From Ruditapes philippinarum (Eukaryota): a stretch of 64,000 bases of DNA. Where the stretch lies: NCBI RefSeq assembly GCF_026571515.1, contig NW_026858977.1, positions 248,001 to 312,000 on the forward strand, in the 5' to 3' direction. The notes beneath the pieces are model-generated. The model was not told the origin of the DNA. It was given only the letters and a program-made list of their open reading frames with translations, and did not search any database. Shown piece by piece: positions 38,554 through 50,156 of the stretch; the stretch's first letter is position 1; every line of letters begins with the position of its first letter. A program made the translations under genes and the position numbers.

Positions 38554-41523
38554 CTTTTAGTTACATTTAATAAATTTCATAAAAACAGAAATAGCGACAT
38601 TTCATTAATAAATTGGGTTTCACATCGACAACCAAAATGACTTTTATAAGCATAAAAATGGACAACCTCATTGTGGCGAAATCGGAAGTACAAAATCTGT
38701 TTTCTTGAGAAACTCCGCCTTCAGATCATCCGTATATCAATATTAAATCAATAAACATGACTATAAGTAGCAGTCCTAATTTAACGGTATATTTCCGCAT
38801 TGTAACGGAGGTTTTAAAACAAATTTAATCTTTTTTCATGAGATGATTACTTTTTACTGAACCTCAGGCCTAGTGCACCGTGAGATTAAACGGTTAAAAT
38901 GTTTTTGCACAAGAAAATTTCATATTTGTTGTGTTACGGGTAGCAGCTATAACTTGGTCTTTAGGCCGACGGCGAAATATCTTTACACATTTATTAAATG
39001 TAGCTTTAAATCACATCGTATAGCGTACATCTCACGAAACTTACCGAAAATCTACCGAAGATTAATATATTGTGTGTATCGACCGTGTAATCAGTATGTT
39101 TGTTTGTTTGTTGTTTCATTTTACGCCTTTCTCCAACAGTATTTCAGTCATATAGGCGGTAATCAGTATGTAATTAACAGGTTAATAAAATCAAACAATA
39201 CATGTATATAAAATCTCACTTAAGTGTGGTAACAACCTTAAATACAACATACAGGATCTTCTAACATTTTAATGGCATTTGTATTCTTACTGACTACAAC
39301 CCCTGCCCTCAAGTTTCGTAACTGTTTCTCCTTACTTCAAGAAAAACATCTCAATTCAGTTGATAATTTAGCAAATTACTACTCTGTTTGTTACAAATTG
39401 GGTCAAAAACGATTTTAATACAAGAAAAAAGTTTCTCAATTATTTCCATGTGTGCCCTTTGACATTGACAGGCATGCCAATTTACCTAACATGACTTGAT
39501 GGTGTCTCAAATTAAGTTATCAAAATACATGATTATTTATGAGATCATTCAAGGTTTCATTAAAATTATGCTTCTTATGTATAAGAACAGTATGCAAATG
39601 TACAGTATATATTATTTTTTTAAACGGTTGCGAAAACTCTTCTCTATGTATGTATCAAAATTAATATTATTTCATTTTAAAATGTATATAAATTATAAAT
39701 TAAACAACAATGCTTATTGTGCATGATTTACAATAAAAACTTAAGTTACACCATTAATCAAAATAAGTTATTACAATGCAACTATTACAGTAAACAAACG
39801 TACGACACCAATAGGGAAGTAGGTGAGATTGTGTCTCGTATATAGTGTCAACATAAGAACCACCGACTAATACATCAGTCCGGCATACTGTTTTTATTAT
39901 TATTATTTTTATTTTTGCAACATCATCAACAATAATGCATATAAAGGTCTCATTGGCCTCAGTTGCATCACATTAGTCATGTATACTGTATATCCAATAG
40001 AAAGAAAAATAAACACATATTTTTAGTCACATTTAGTGAGTAACTGGATTCAAAATTAATAGGTGACCATTTGGCAATTTAATTCTACATGTATTAAAGG
40101 ACATGACTGGTGAAATGTCCGGGGCCCGCACTGCCAGATCGACCATTATCAAACTAAGAACACACTAACATGCTCGCACACACACAAAACAGAAGTATCA
40201 GGCTAATTAGCATTAAGCGTCTGGATTAAAATACAAGTAAATTGGAATACTTACAATAAGTCTCTTGCAATTTTATATCGGCGAATTTTCTTTTTCTTTT
40301 CCGAAATTATATTTCTCATTAGAAACAATTGCATCCAAGGTTTTGCTTTAATTGTTTAAACTATTTCCTGTGATCGACTGCAAGGTTTCAAAAGGAAGCG
40401 GTGGCCAGGGGGTTAAGGTGCTTGCCTGCCACCCGGGGGTTCCAACTGTACTGAGGTCAAAACTTCCTCATATGATCTTTGAACTTACAAATTGTTGGAA
40501 GCAGACTCAAGTGTGTTTCAGTGTTGTTATATTTTTCTTGTCCTTCACGATCACTGGTTCAAGCACTTTTAAGTGTTGAAAATTGAGTACCGGTCAAGCC
40601 GGTGCTCGGGAGGGGGGGTTAAGGTATGTTGCACTTTTCGTTATCCCTCATGTACAGACTCTATGAAACCATGTCTGCAATTTTCATGTAATTTTGTTGT
40701 GATTAATGCTTAAGAAAGTACACCCTTGTTCCAGAATACTCACAATCTAGCCTAAAATGAATACTGGGTCGTTCACCTTTTCATTTGATAATACTTATTT
40801 TTAGGTACGTGCCAATATCTTACGCCAATCTTTCTTGGTTACAATTTACAAGCTAACTATCAATGAACCATGCTTTGACCTATGTTTTGCCTGCAGTTTT
40901 AACCAAAGATAACGAACAAATAATATAATGCTTGATTTATTTAATATAAATAAATAATATTGTAGAAATCTTTCTCAAAATTCACAGTCGATAACCGGTA
41001 CATGTCTGTTAGATAATCCTGAAAAATAAATATAAGACTGTTGTTAACTTTAAGAAGATCGACGTTATTTCATATGCAAATATACTCGAGTCATTGATAG
41101 CACTTAAAAGGATCATAACCATATATAAAGCATAACAAAAGTTAAGGTTTATTTGAAAGGAACTCCACTGTAGTGCAAAAGCATAAAAGCACAAAATTTT
41201 ATTTTCTTACATAGAACAGCTTGGACACTTAAAACAGAAAGATGTGCAAAAGAAATATACTAAGAAATAAATTGAATATCGTATTTGTATGATATTCTTT
41301 GCCCGATTTAAGTAGAAAACGTTGTAACGATTTTCAGCTTGGGTATTTTTTTAAGTAAAAGTGATTATTCCGGTAGAAAACGGAGTGGACGATTGAAATG
41401 GATCTTCATCAAATGAGACATTAATTTCGGGAAATTATTAAGTAAAATTCATACCACGCAACAACATTTTCCTTTGATGAAGTCTAATTTCTTACCCTGA
41501 AAAAAGTCTTTACTTGAAACGTT

Positions 41524-41936
41524 TTAGTATTTCTTGCCCCTACAACACCAGATTTTCTATTTACAGCAAGATTGACACCAAGGACACCTGCCACTTGGAC
41601 TCTCTCCCCACCAGCATCGGTGTCTACATCTACATCTTCTGCCTCCCCAGCCATCCATTCCATATCCTCCTCCGTATCCACCACCAAAGCCGCCTCCCAT
41701 GCCACCGCCATAACCCATTCCGTATCCGCCGCCATAACCACCACCCATGCCACCGCCATAACCCATTCCATATCCGCCGCCATATCCCATGCCGTATCCA
41801 CCGCCAAAACCGCCACCCATGCCACCGCCATATCCCATGCCGTATCCACCGCCAAAACCGCCACCCATGCCACCGCCGTATCCGCCCCCATAACCACCGC
41901 CAAAGCAAGGCCACTTAAAGCATTTCTTACGGAAAC
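41524..41936 (-). pseudogene. E1 pseudogene: orphan exon 2 of an E-type gene with a nonsense codon
   Basis: Near-identical to E3 exon 2 but AAG>TAG at 41557-41559 removes KIWCCRGKKY; the upstream intron is cut at ~42335, so no signal exon or promoter is found. Confidence 0.85.
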
Positions 41937-42334
41937 CTTTAATAAAGTACAATAAGTTATGATTACAGTATTTTCTTGTTGTGCTTTATCTAGATAATTC
42001 ATCGTAGGGTCAAGTATTGGTAAAACCTTTATAAGTGTTTCATGTTTTCAGACGAATCCTCTTATATTAACTTTCTACTTTGCATGAAAGCGTAACCATC
42101 AATATGATAAAAGGTCATTCATGCACCTTCTAAGGCTTTAAACTATGATCTCATTCTGTACATAGTAACTTATATTCATTTAAGTGCACTTACATAGTAA
42201 TAATTATTGTGATGGACTCCTTTTTATCAAAGGGAAAATAAAAACAAAGCAACGTACATAAATAAAAGATACACTATTTTGTTTTTATTTCCCCTTTGAT
42301 ATAAAGGCAGGAATATCACTATGAACATATTATT

Positions 42335-42693
42335 TCACCAGCATCGGTGTCTACATCTGCATCTTCTGCCTCCCCAGCCACCCATTCCATATCCTCCTCC
42401 GTATCCACCACCAAAGCCGCCTCCCATGCCACCGCCATAACCCATGCCGTATCCGCCGCCATAACCACCACCCATGCCACCGCCGAAACCCATTCCATAA
42501 CCGCCGCCCCAACCACCGCAATAACCCATACTGTATCCACCGCCATAACCCATGCCGTATCCACCGCCATAACCGCCACCCATGCTACCTCCATAACCCA
42601 TGCCGTATCCACCACCATAACCCATGTCGTAACCGCCTCCGTATCCGCCCCGTGACCACCACCAAAGCAAGGCCACGGAAAACCTACGGAAAC
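42335..42693 (-). pseudogene. E2 pseudogene: truncated exon 2 fragment
   Basis: Acceptor AAAG|GTTTCCG retained, compensating frameshifts in the KWPC segment, Gly/Tyr/Met repeat, ends at RCRCRHRCW where it is fused to E1 intron sequence; intron homology stops at ~42860. Confidence 0.85.
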
Positions 42694-45209
42694 CTTTAAT
42701 AAATTACTATGAAGTATTCTTATTGTGCTTTATCTAGATGAGGCAATTGTAGGATAAAGTATGGGTCAAACCTTTATAAGTGTTTCCAAGTTTTCAGTGG
42801 ACGGACCCTCTATATGAACTTTCTATTTTGCATGGAAGCATAAACATTAATATGATATTTATTAATTATAATATAAAATAAGATACTAACAGCATTATCC
42901 ATTTGCTTTATTTAACCCTTACGTTGTTGGAATTGAAATATATAAGCTTTTACCAATAGAATACAGCAAGGCAAGTCTGCACTTCTTATCAGTCTCTAAA
43001 CTGTTGGTTACCCATTGTTTGTATTTTGATATATAGTACTTTATTTCAAGTTTTGTACTGATCCAATTTTAACGCAAGCGACCCGTGACGTAGTAGAAAC
43101 GCCACTGACGCGATAGGTAAGAGATGGGAACTACTCAAGTCGCTATGTGGACGCCATTATTGCCACAGGACGCCGAGCTACGGCGACTATTTTTAATATG
43201 TACAAAACAAAAGCTGAGGACCGTCATTTTATGGCGTCCAGAATGTCCCATTAACCCCATAGTCGCAGTTGTAACCACGTGAAGATCTCATGCACGTACT
43301 ATAAACGTACTGTAGATGTCGCATAAACGCACAAAAATTGTTTGACTTGTAATTGGCTATTCTATGGCGACTTTGAAGCGTCTGCAATGCGACCAGGTAG
43401 TTCCTGATATGACTATGACGTTTCCTGGACGCTCTTGTTGTCGCCATAAGGACGCCGCATATACATGTAATCTGCATAGAGGAAGAGTCGTAGTACAAAC
43501 TCTAAGAACGCACTGCAAACCCCGTAAGGTCGCACATAATTAACGCCGTGAGAACAATATAGGAACGCGGTACAAGCTCCATAAACGTACCGGAATCACA
43601 AAAAGAGGAGGCCGGTTTGAGCTAAAATTTGCAGTTTTGTTATTAAACGGATTCGGGGTTCCTTGTGCGACTTTTCCGAAACATATCGGTTTAGATTGAC
43701 GCAATAACGCTATTTGGGTGATGACAGTGTTACACACATGCAGCAGGTCAAGGTTCAAAGCATTTTAGTATTTTCTTGCAATACTGAGGTTTCTTAATTC
43801 TTTTTTATCAAATCATCAATAAAAGTTTTAGAACAATGAACATATACAAGTTGAAAGTCAAAAGTCACCGACTTCATGGGGCTTTTAACACTGCCTTTTC
43901 ATACATTGAAAGCAAAAGGTTTATTTGGTTGAATCAATTATGCAAATAATGACGAAAACAATTTACGTAGTTTGATGTTAATGGTATAATAACTGTATAT
44001 ATACTGTTCAATATCAGATTACTGCATGTATGTATGTTACCGCCTCAAACAGTTTACCTACGAGCTAGATATTCCTGTCAGTATCGGCAGCCGGTGTAAA
44101 CCTTATAATATACCATCTATTGGTGTTTCTTGACTCTTTTAAGACGGTGCAAGATTTGCTATTTCTGAGCAAAATGTTTATTATAGAATATATATGTAGA
44201 GTGTAATTAAGTGACTGCAGTTTATGTGCTTTTTATATGCTTTTACTATGAGAAGTTTAATACATGAAAAATGCTAATATAAGGTCGATATATTTTTGTA
44301 ACAATGTAAGTACATTGTACTTGCAAGCATATATATTCGGCAACAGAAATTATGCTCTTCAGTACTGTATGAAAAAAAAAAACAGTAAATTAATTTAAGT
44401 GTTTTCTCCCCTTAACTAAATTTGGAAACTCCACCTATTCCGAGTTCCAGTTTACATCTATTGGCTCTAAATACCTATCAGATATTTTATGTTTAATAAA
44501 ATTGCTGTTGTTATTAAGAAACAATACTTATAGTTTAGAAAGTAAGAAAACACATACTGTACTGCAGTATTTTAATGCGATAAAGCAATGTTAACAATAA
44601 GAATATATATAAATAATAAACAATTCAAGCTGTTCGGACGTCATGTACTCCAGATGTTGTTATACCCTGAAATTGAACGAAAAAATACACACTAAAAAAA
44701 TAACATTTCATAAGTAATGGACATACAATAAATAGTATATAACAACTCTTATGGTTTCTACTGCAAGTTGCTGTCAAGAATTTCATTAAGCTATGAGACA
44801 ATTATGAATAAGTGAAATTTTATAGAATTTTAATAAAAATTATACATAAACAAGATAAATTTGCAGGTGTCCGTTCATATAACTTGTAGGATGATATTGT
44901 TATTGATTGCAATCATTGTAAAAAGTAATCTGTTTTTTGAGGATATGTTTAAACTTTGAACCTTCTAGCCACAACTATGGCTTCACATGCAACAGGTACA
45001 TACTAAGATCACCCGGCACATCTCTTTGCCTTCTTATCATCTGCACTTTTATTTTATATTTTTCCAGTACTTATTTATATTTTTTTCCTAAAATGGTGAA
45101 TGGTTTGGTTCAGTTGGAAAATTCTATTTAAGATATTAAGCGTGGTCAGGGTTGAATTGTATAGACTTGAGAGTGCTCGAACATCATGATAATAGTGTTT
45201 ATGTACCTC

Positions 45210-46550
45210 TTAATATCTACAACACCTAATACGACATCTCCATGCTGTTCTGCAGCATTTTCCCATATATCGTTCATAGCGACGACAATGTTTCCTGCAT
45301 TTACAGTACCTAGGTCGACCAAACCCTCCATATCCCGAGTAGCCATAACCACCGTACTCGCTACCGCCACCGCCCCCGCCCCCGCTCCCATACATGCTAT
45401 CCATGCCCCCTCCCATTCCAATTCCTGCAGCGTTATCGGCATTGGGTAACCACTACCCATCCCGGGCATCATTCCTGGCATCATTGCTCCGCCCCCACCG
45501 CCTATTAATATTTTTAAAAAATGAATTAAATATCACGCGTTCAGGTTACCGGCAAGAAATAATATTATGTTATTCACATCTCCTTCAAAACAACATTATA
45601 ATAAATCTCAAAGAAAATTTACTATAGTTAATGTAAATGTTTCTTTATCTGTAATGTAGAAAGATTCGTTACATAATAATAAAAATATAAACCTTTGTAA
45701 AATGATTTGACAACATTGAATTATTATCAAAAACACTATTATAACGCGTATAATTTAGAAACTTTTAGAAATGTTATAAATGGAGCAGAATTACCTGAAT
45801 AATCATCGTCATACGGCATGCCATATTGTGGAGTTCCTGAAACAATACAAATGAGTCATGCCATGACAAAACCAAGATAATGCGTTTGCGACCAGCATGG
45901 ATCCTGACCAGCCCGCGCATCCGCGCAGTCTGATCAAGATCCATGCTGTTCGCTTACAAACCCTACAAGTAGAGACAGCGAACAGCATGGATCCTTATCA
46001 GACTGCGCGGATGCGAATGCTGGTCTGGAGCCATCCTGGTCGTAAAGGCATTATGTTGGTTTTGTCATGTCGCGGCTCAAATATTAATGTTATTGTGCAG
46101 AAAATATTAGGAGTCTTTATTGAAAATACATTGAACTGGCATTTCCAATTTATTTTTTTTTTGGTCATACAATGCGTACATTCTTCCAATATTTTACTAT
46201 TGTTGCACTTTGTTGCGTACAGATAATAAATCTACATTAAAGCACACGTTTGACAAATTTATTATCGTATTGAAAAACTTATATTTATAAATCTTAATTT
46301 CGCCAACCATGGCTTTGTTCAAGTAACTTAATTGTTTAATTTTACTGAAAGCGCTGTATCCGTATACACATCTTTGTACTATATTGCACTGCTTCGCAGC
46401 CCCCGTATAATATTTTTACAGATTTACATATTATGAGCCATATAAACGTAAAACAATACTTTAAATCAAGAATATTGAAACAAACAAACACTTACCTAAG
46501 ACTGTGGCTAGACAGCCAACTATGCACAGAAAGATGAGAAGTTTATCCAT
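45210..46550 (-). pseudogene. D2: paralogue of D1 with a 1-nt deletion in exon 3 (pseudogene or assembly error); join(46496..46550, 45795..45836, 45210..45501)
   Basis: MDKLLIFLCIVGCLATVLG / TPQYGMPYDDDYS / ACG CTG CAG GAA vs D1 ACG ATG CCA GGA at ~45427; 55+42+292=389 nt, not a multiple of 3; splice sites, TATA and Cys domain otherwise intact. Confidence 0.75.
45851..46080. mobile_element. Palindromic ~230-bp MITE in D2 intron 1
   Basis: ~100-bp inverted arms (atgagtcatgccatgacaaaaccaa.. / ..ttggttttgtcatgtcgcggctca); empty site in D1 at ~35455 (tacaagtattaat). Confidence 0.9.
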
Positions 46551-48988
46551 GTTTCCCGTCTGTATGGTAAGTGAACTGGTCATGCTCTAAACCCAGGGAT
46601 ATGTCCCTTTATATAGGCTCTTCTAAACGAATCAACTGTGGTTTTTGTTGTTGTTTTTTTTACTTTAATCGCCTGCAAAATTTCAACATGATATGTAAAT
46701 TGATTTTGATATGTGTATCATTATAAATTTAAAAAAATAAAGTAATAACTGCCAAAGCTTCTATCAAACTTGTGACTTAAAGCAAACCATAAAAAACGAT
46801 GAACACTAGACATTGCATTTTGTTTTCCATAGAATATCATAATATATAGATTCTATTAGCATACTCTTTGCTGTTTAATATATTTATAATGATTGAAAAA
46901 CTATATGATATATAAGTTATATATTGATCGCTTGTTATCATTTGATATTAAAAAGGTTTCTTGTTGCTTTTGTTGTTGTTGTTATCATTATTTATTTATT
47001 TAATAAAATATTTATTTGTTTATTTAATAAATATTTATTTATTTATCTAATAAAATATTTATTTATTTATTCAACTTTTATTTCTATGTTTAACATGTTA
47101 ATTTCTGTTGCATCAGTTTGAATCAATACAATTTAAGAAGCTTATTGTGCATGATTTACAATAAAAACTTAAGTTACACCATTAATCAAAATAAGTTATT
47201 ACAATGCAACTTTTACAGTAAACAAACGTATGACACCAATAGGGAAGTAGGTGAGATTGTGTCTCGTATATAGTGTCAACATAAGACCACCGACTAATAC
47301 ATCAGTCCGGCAAACTGTTTTTATTATTTTTTTATTTTATTTTATTTTTGCAACATCATCAACAATAATGCATATAAAGGTCTCATTGGCCTCAGTTACA
47401 TCACATTAGTCATGTATACTGTATATCCAATAGGAGGAAAAAATAAACACATATTTTTAGTCACATTTAGTGAGTAACTGGATTCAAAATTAATAGGTGC
47501 CCATTTGGCAATTTAATTCACATGTATTAAAGGGTATGACTGGTGAAATGTCCGGGGTCCGCACAGCCAGATCGACCATTATCAAACTTAGGACACGCAA
47601 ACATGCTCGCGCACACACAAAACAGAAGTAGCAGGCTAATTAGCATTAAGAGTCTGGATTAAAATAAAAGTAAATTGGAAGACTTACAATACGAGTCAGT
47701 CTCTTGCAATTTATAACGGCGAATTTTCTTTTTCTTTTTCGTAATTATTTTTCTCATTAGAAACATTTGTATCTAAGGTTTTGCTTTAATTGTTTTAACT
47801 ATTTCCTGTGATCGACTGCAAGATTTCAAAAGGAAGCGGTGGCCAGGGGGTTAAGATGCTTGCATGCCACCCGGGGTTCCAACTTTACTGAGGTCAAAAC
47901 TTCCTCATATGGTCTTTGAACTTACAATTGTAGGATGTAGACTCAAGTGTGTTTCAGTGTTGTTATATTTTTCTTGTCCTTAACGATCATTGGTTCAAGC
48001 ACTTTTAAGTGTTGAAAATTGAGTACCGGTTAAACCGATGCTGGGGGGGGGGGGTAGAGGGATGTTGCACTTTTGTTATCCCTCATGTAGCGACTCTATG
48101 AAACCATGTCTGCAATTTTCATGTAATTTTGTTGTGATTAATGCTTAAGAAAGTACATCCTTGTTCCAGAATACTCACAATCTAGCCTAAAATGAATACT
48201 GGGTCGTTCACCTTTTCATTTGATAATACTTATTTTTAGGTACGTGCCAATATCTTACGCCAATCTTTCTTGGTTACAATTTACAAGCTAACTATCAATG
48301 AACCATGCTTTTACCTATATTTTGCCTGCAGTTTTAACCAAAGATAACGAACAAATAATATAATGCTTGATTTATTTAATATAAATAAATAATATTGTAG
48401 AAATCTTTCTCAAAATTCACAGTCGATAACCGGTACATGTCTGTTAGATAATCCTGAAAAATTAATATAAGACTGTTGTTAACTTTAAGAAGATCGACGT
48501 TATTTCATATGCAAATATACTCGAGTCAATAGCACCTAAAAGGATCATAACCATATATAAAGCATAACAAAAGTTAAGGTTTATTTGAAAGGAACTCCAC
48601 TCTAGTACAAAAGCATAAAAACACAAAATTTTAATTTCTTACATAGAACAGCTTGGACACTGAAAACAGAAAGATGTGCAAAAGATAAATAAGAAATATA
48701 CTAAAAATAAATAAAATATAGCATTTGTGTGATATTCTTTGCCCGATTTGAGTAGAAAACGTTGTTACGGTTTCCAGCTTGGGTCATTTATTTTAGGTAA
48801 TAGTGGTTATTCTGGTAAAAAACGGAGTGGACGATTGAAATTTTGCACACAAATTATTAGTCTGGATCTTTATCAAGTGAGACAGTAATTTCAGGAAATC
48901 ATTAAGTAAAATTCATACAACGGCAACAACATTTTCCTTTGATGAAGTCAAATTTCTTACCCTAAAAAAAGTCTTTACTTGAAACGTT

Positions 48989-50156
48989 TTAGTATTTCTT
49001 GCCTCTACAACACCAGATTTTCTTTTTACACCAAGATTTACACCAAGGACACCTGCCACTCGGTCTTTCTCCCCACCAGCATCGATGTCTACATCTACAT
49101 CTTCTACCTCCCCAGCCACCCATTCCATATCCTCCTCCGTATCCACCACCAAAGCCGCCTCCCATGCCACCGCCATAACCCATGCCGTATCCGCCGCCAT
49201 AACCACCACCCATGCCACCGCCATAACCCATTCCATATCCGCCGCCATATCCCATGCCGTATCCACCGCCAAAACCGCCACCCATGCCACCGCCATATCC
49301 CATGCCGTATCCACCGCCAAAACCGCCACCCATGCCACCGCCGTATCCGCCCCCATAACCACCGCCAAAGCAAGGCCACTTAAAGCATTTCTTACGGAAA
49401 CCTTTAATAAAGTACAATAAGTAATGGTTACAGTATTTTCTTGTTGTGCTTTATCTAGATAATTCATCGTAGCGTCAAGTATTGGTAAAACCTTTATAAG
49501 TGTTTCGTGTTTTCAGAGGAATCCTCTTATATAAACTTTCTACTTTGCATGAAAGCGTAACCATCAATATGATAATTTAAGGTCATTCATGCACCTTCTA
49601 AGGCTTTAAACTATGATCTCATTCTGTACATAGTACCTTATATTCATTTAAGTGCACTTACATAGTAATAATTATTGTGATGGACTCCTTTTTATCAACG
49701 GGAAAATAAAAAACAATGCTACGTACATAAATAAAAGATACACTATTTTGTTTTTATTTCCCCTTTGATAAAAAGGCAGGAATATCACAATGAACATATT
49801 ATTTTATGACAAATGGTACAACCGAAAATATTTACAAAATATTGACAAGTTAAACAGTTAATAAAGAGGAACAGTTGAGAAATTGAATAAATTAAACTAA
49901 TTAAAGATAATAAATATAAAACTCAAAGAAAACTAAATATATATTCTATTCAAGTAAATGACAGTAAACGTACATTCTTTTTATGTATGGAATATGTTCC
50001 CTGGAATAATTATGATAATACTTAAATGATAATGATATAATAATGATAAGGTGAAGATTAAGAAGGACACAAAGCAAAAAAGAATAGCTCACCAAATACC
50101 GCTGGCACTATCAGAACAGCCAAACAGGCTACAAGTAGAGTTGTTGAAACCTTCAT
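48989..50156 (-). CDS. Gene E3: secreted Gly/Tyr/Met-rich protein with N-terminal Cys pair and C-terminal 8-Cys Trp-rich cationic domain, 158 aa; join(50093..50156, 48989..49401)
   Basis: Exon 1 MKVSTTLLVACLAVLIVPAVF-G|GTGAGC; acceptor AAAG|GT; exon 2 FRKKCFKWPCFGGG..RRCRCRHRCWWGERPSGRCPWCKSWCKKKIWCCRGKKY*; 64+413=477 nt; TATATAAA at 50212-50219. Confidence 0.92.
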
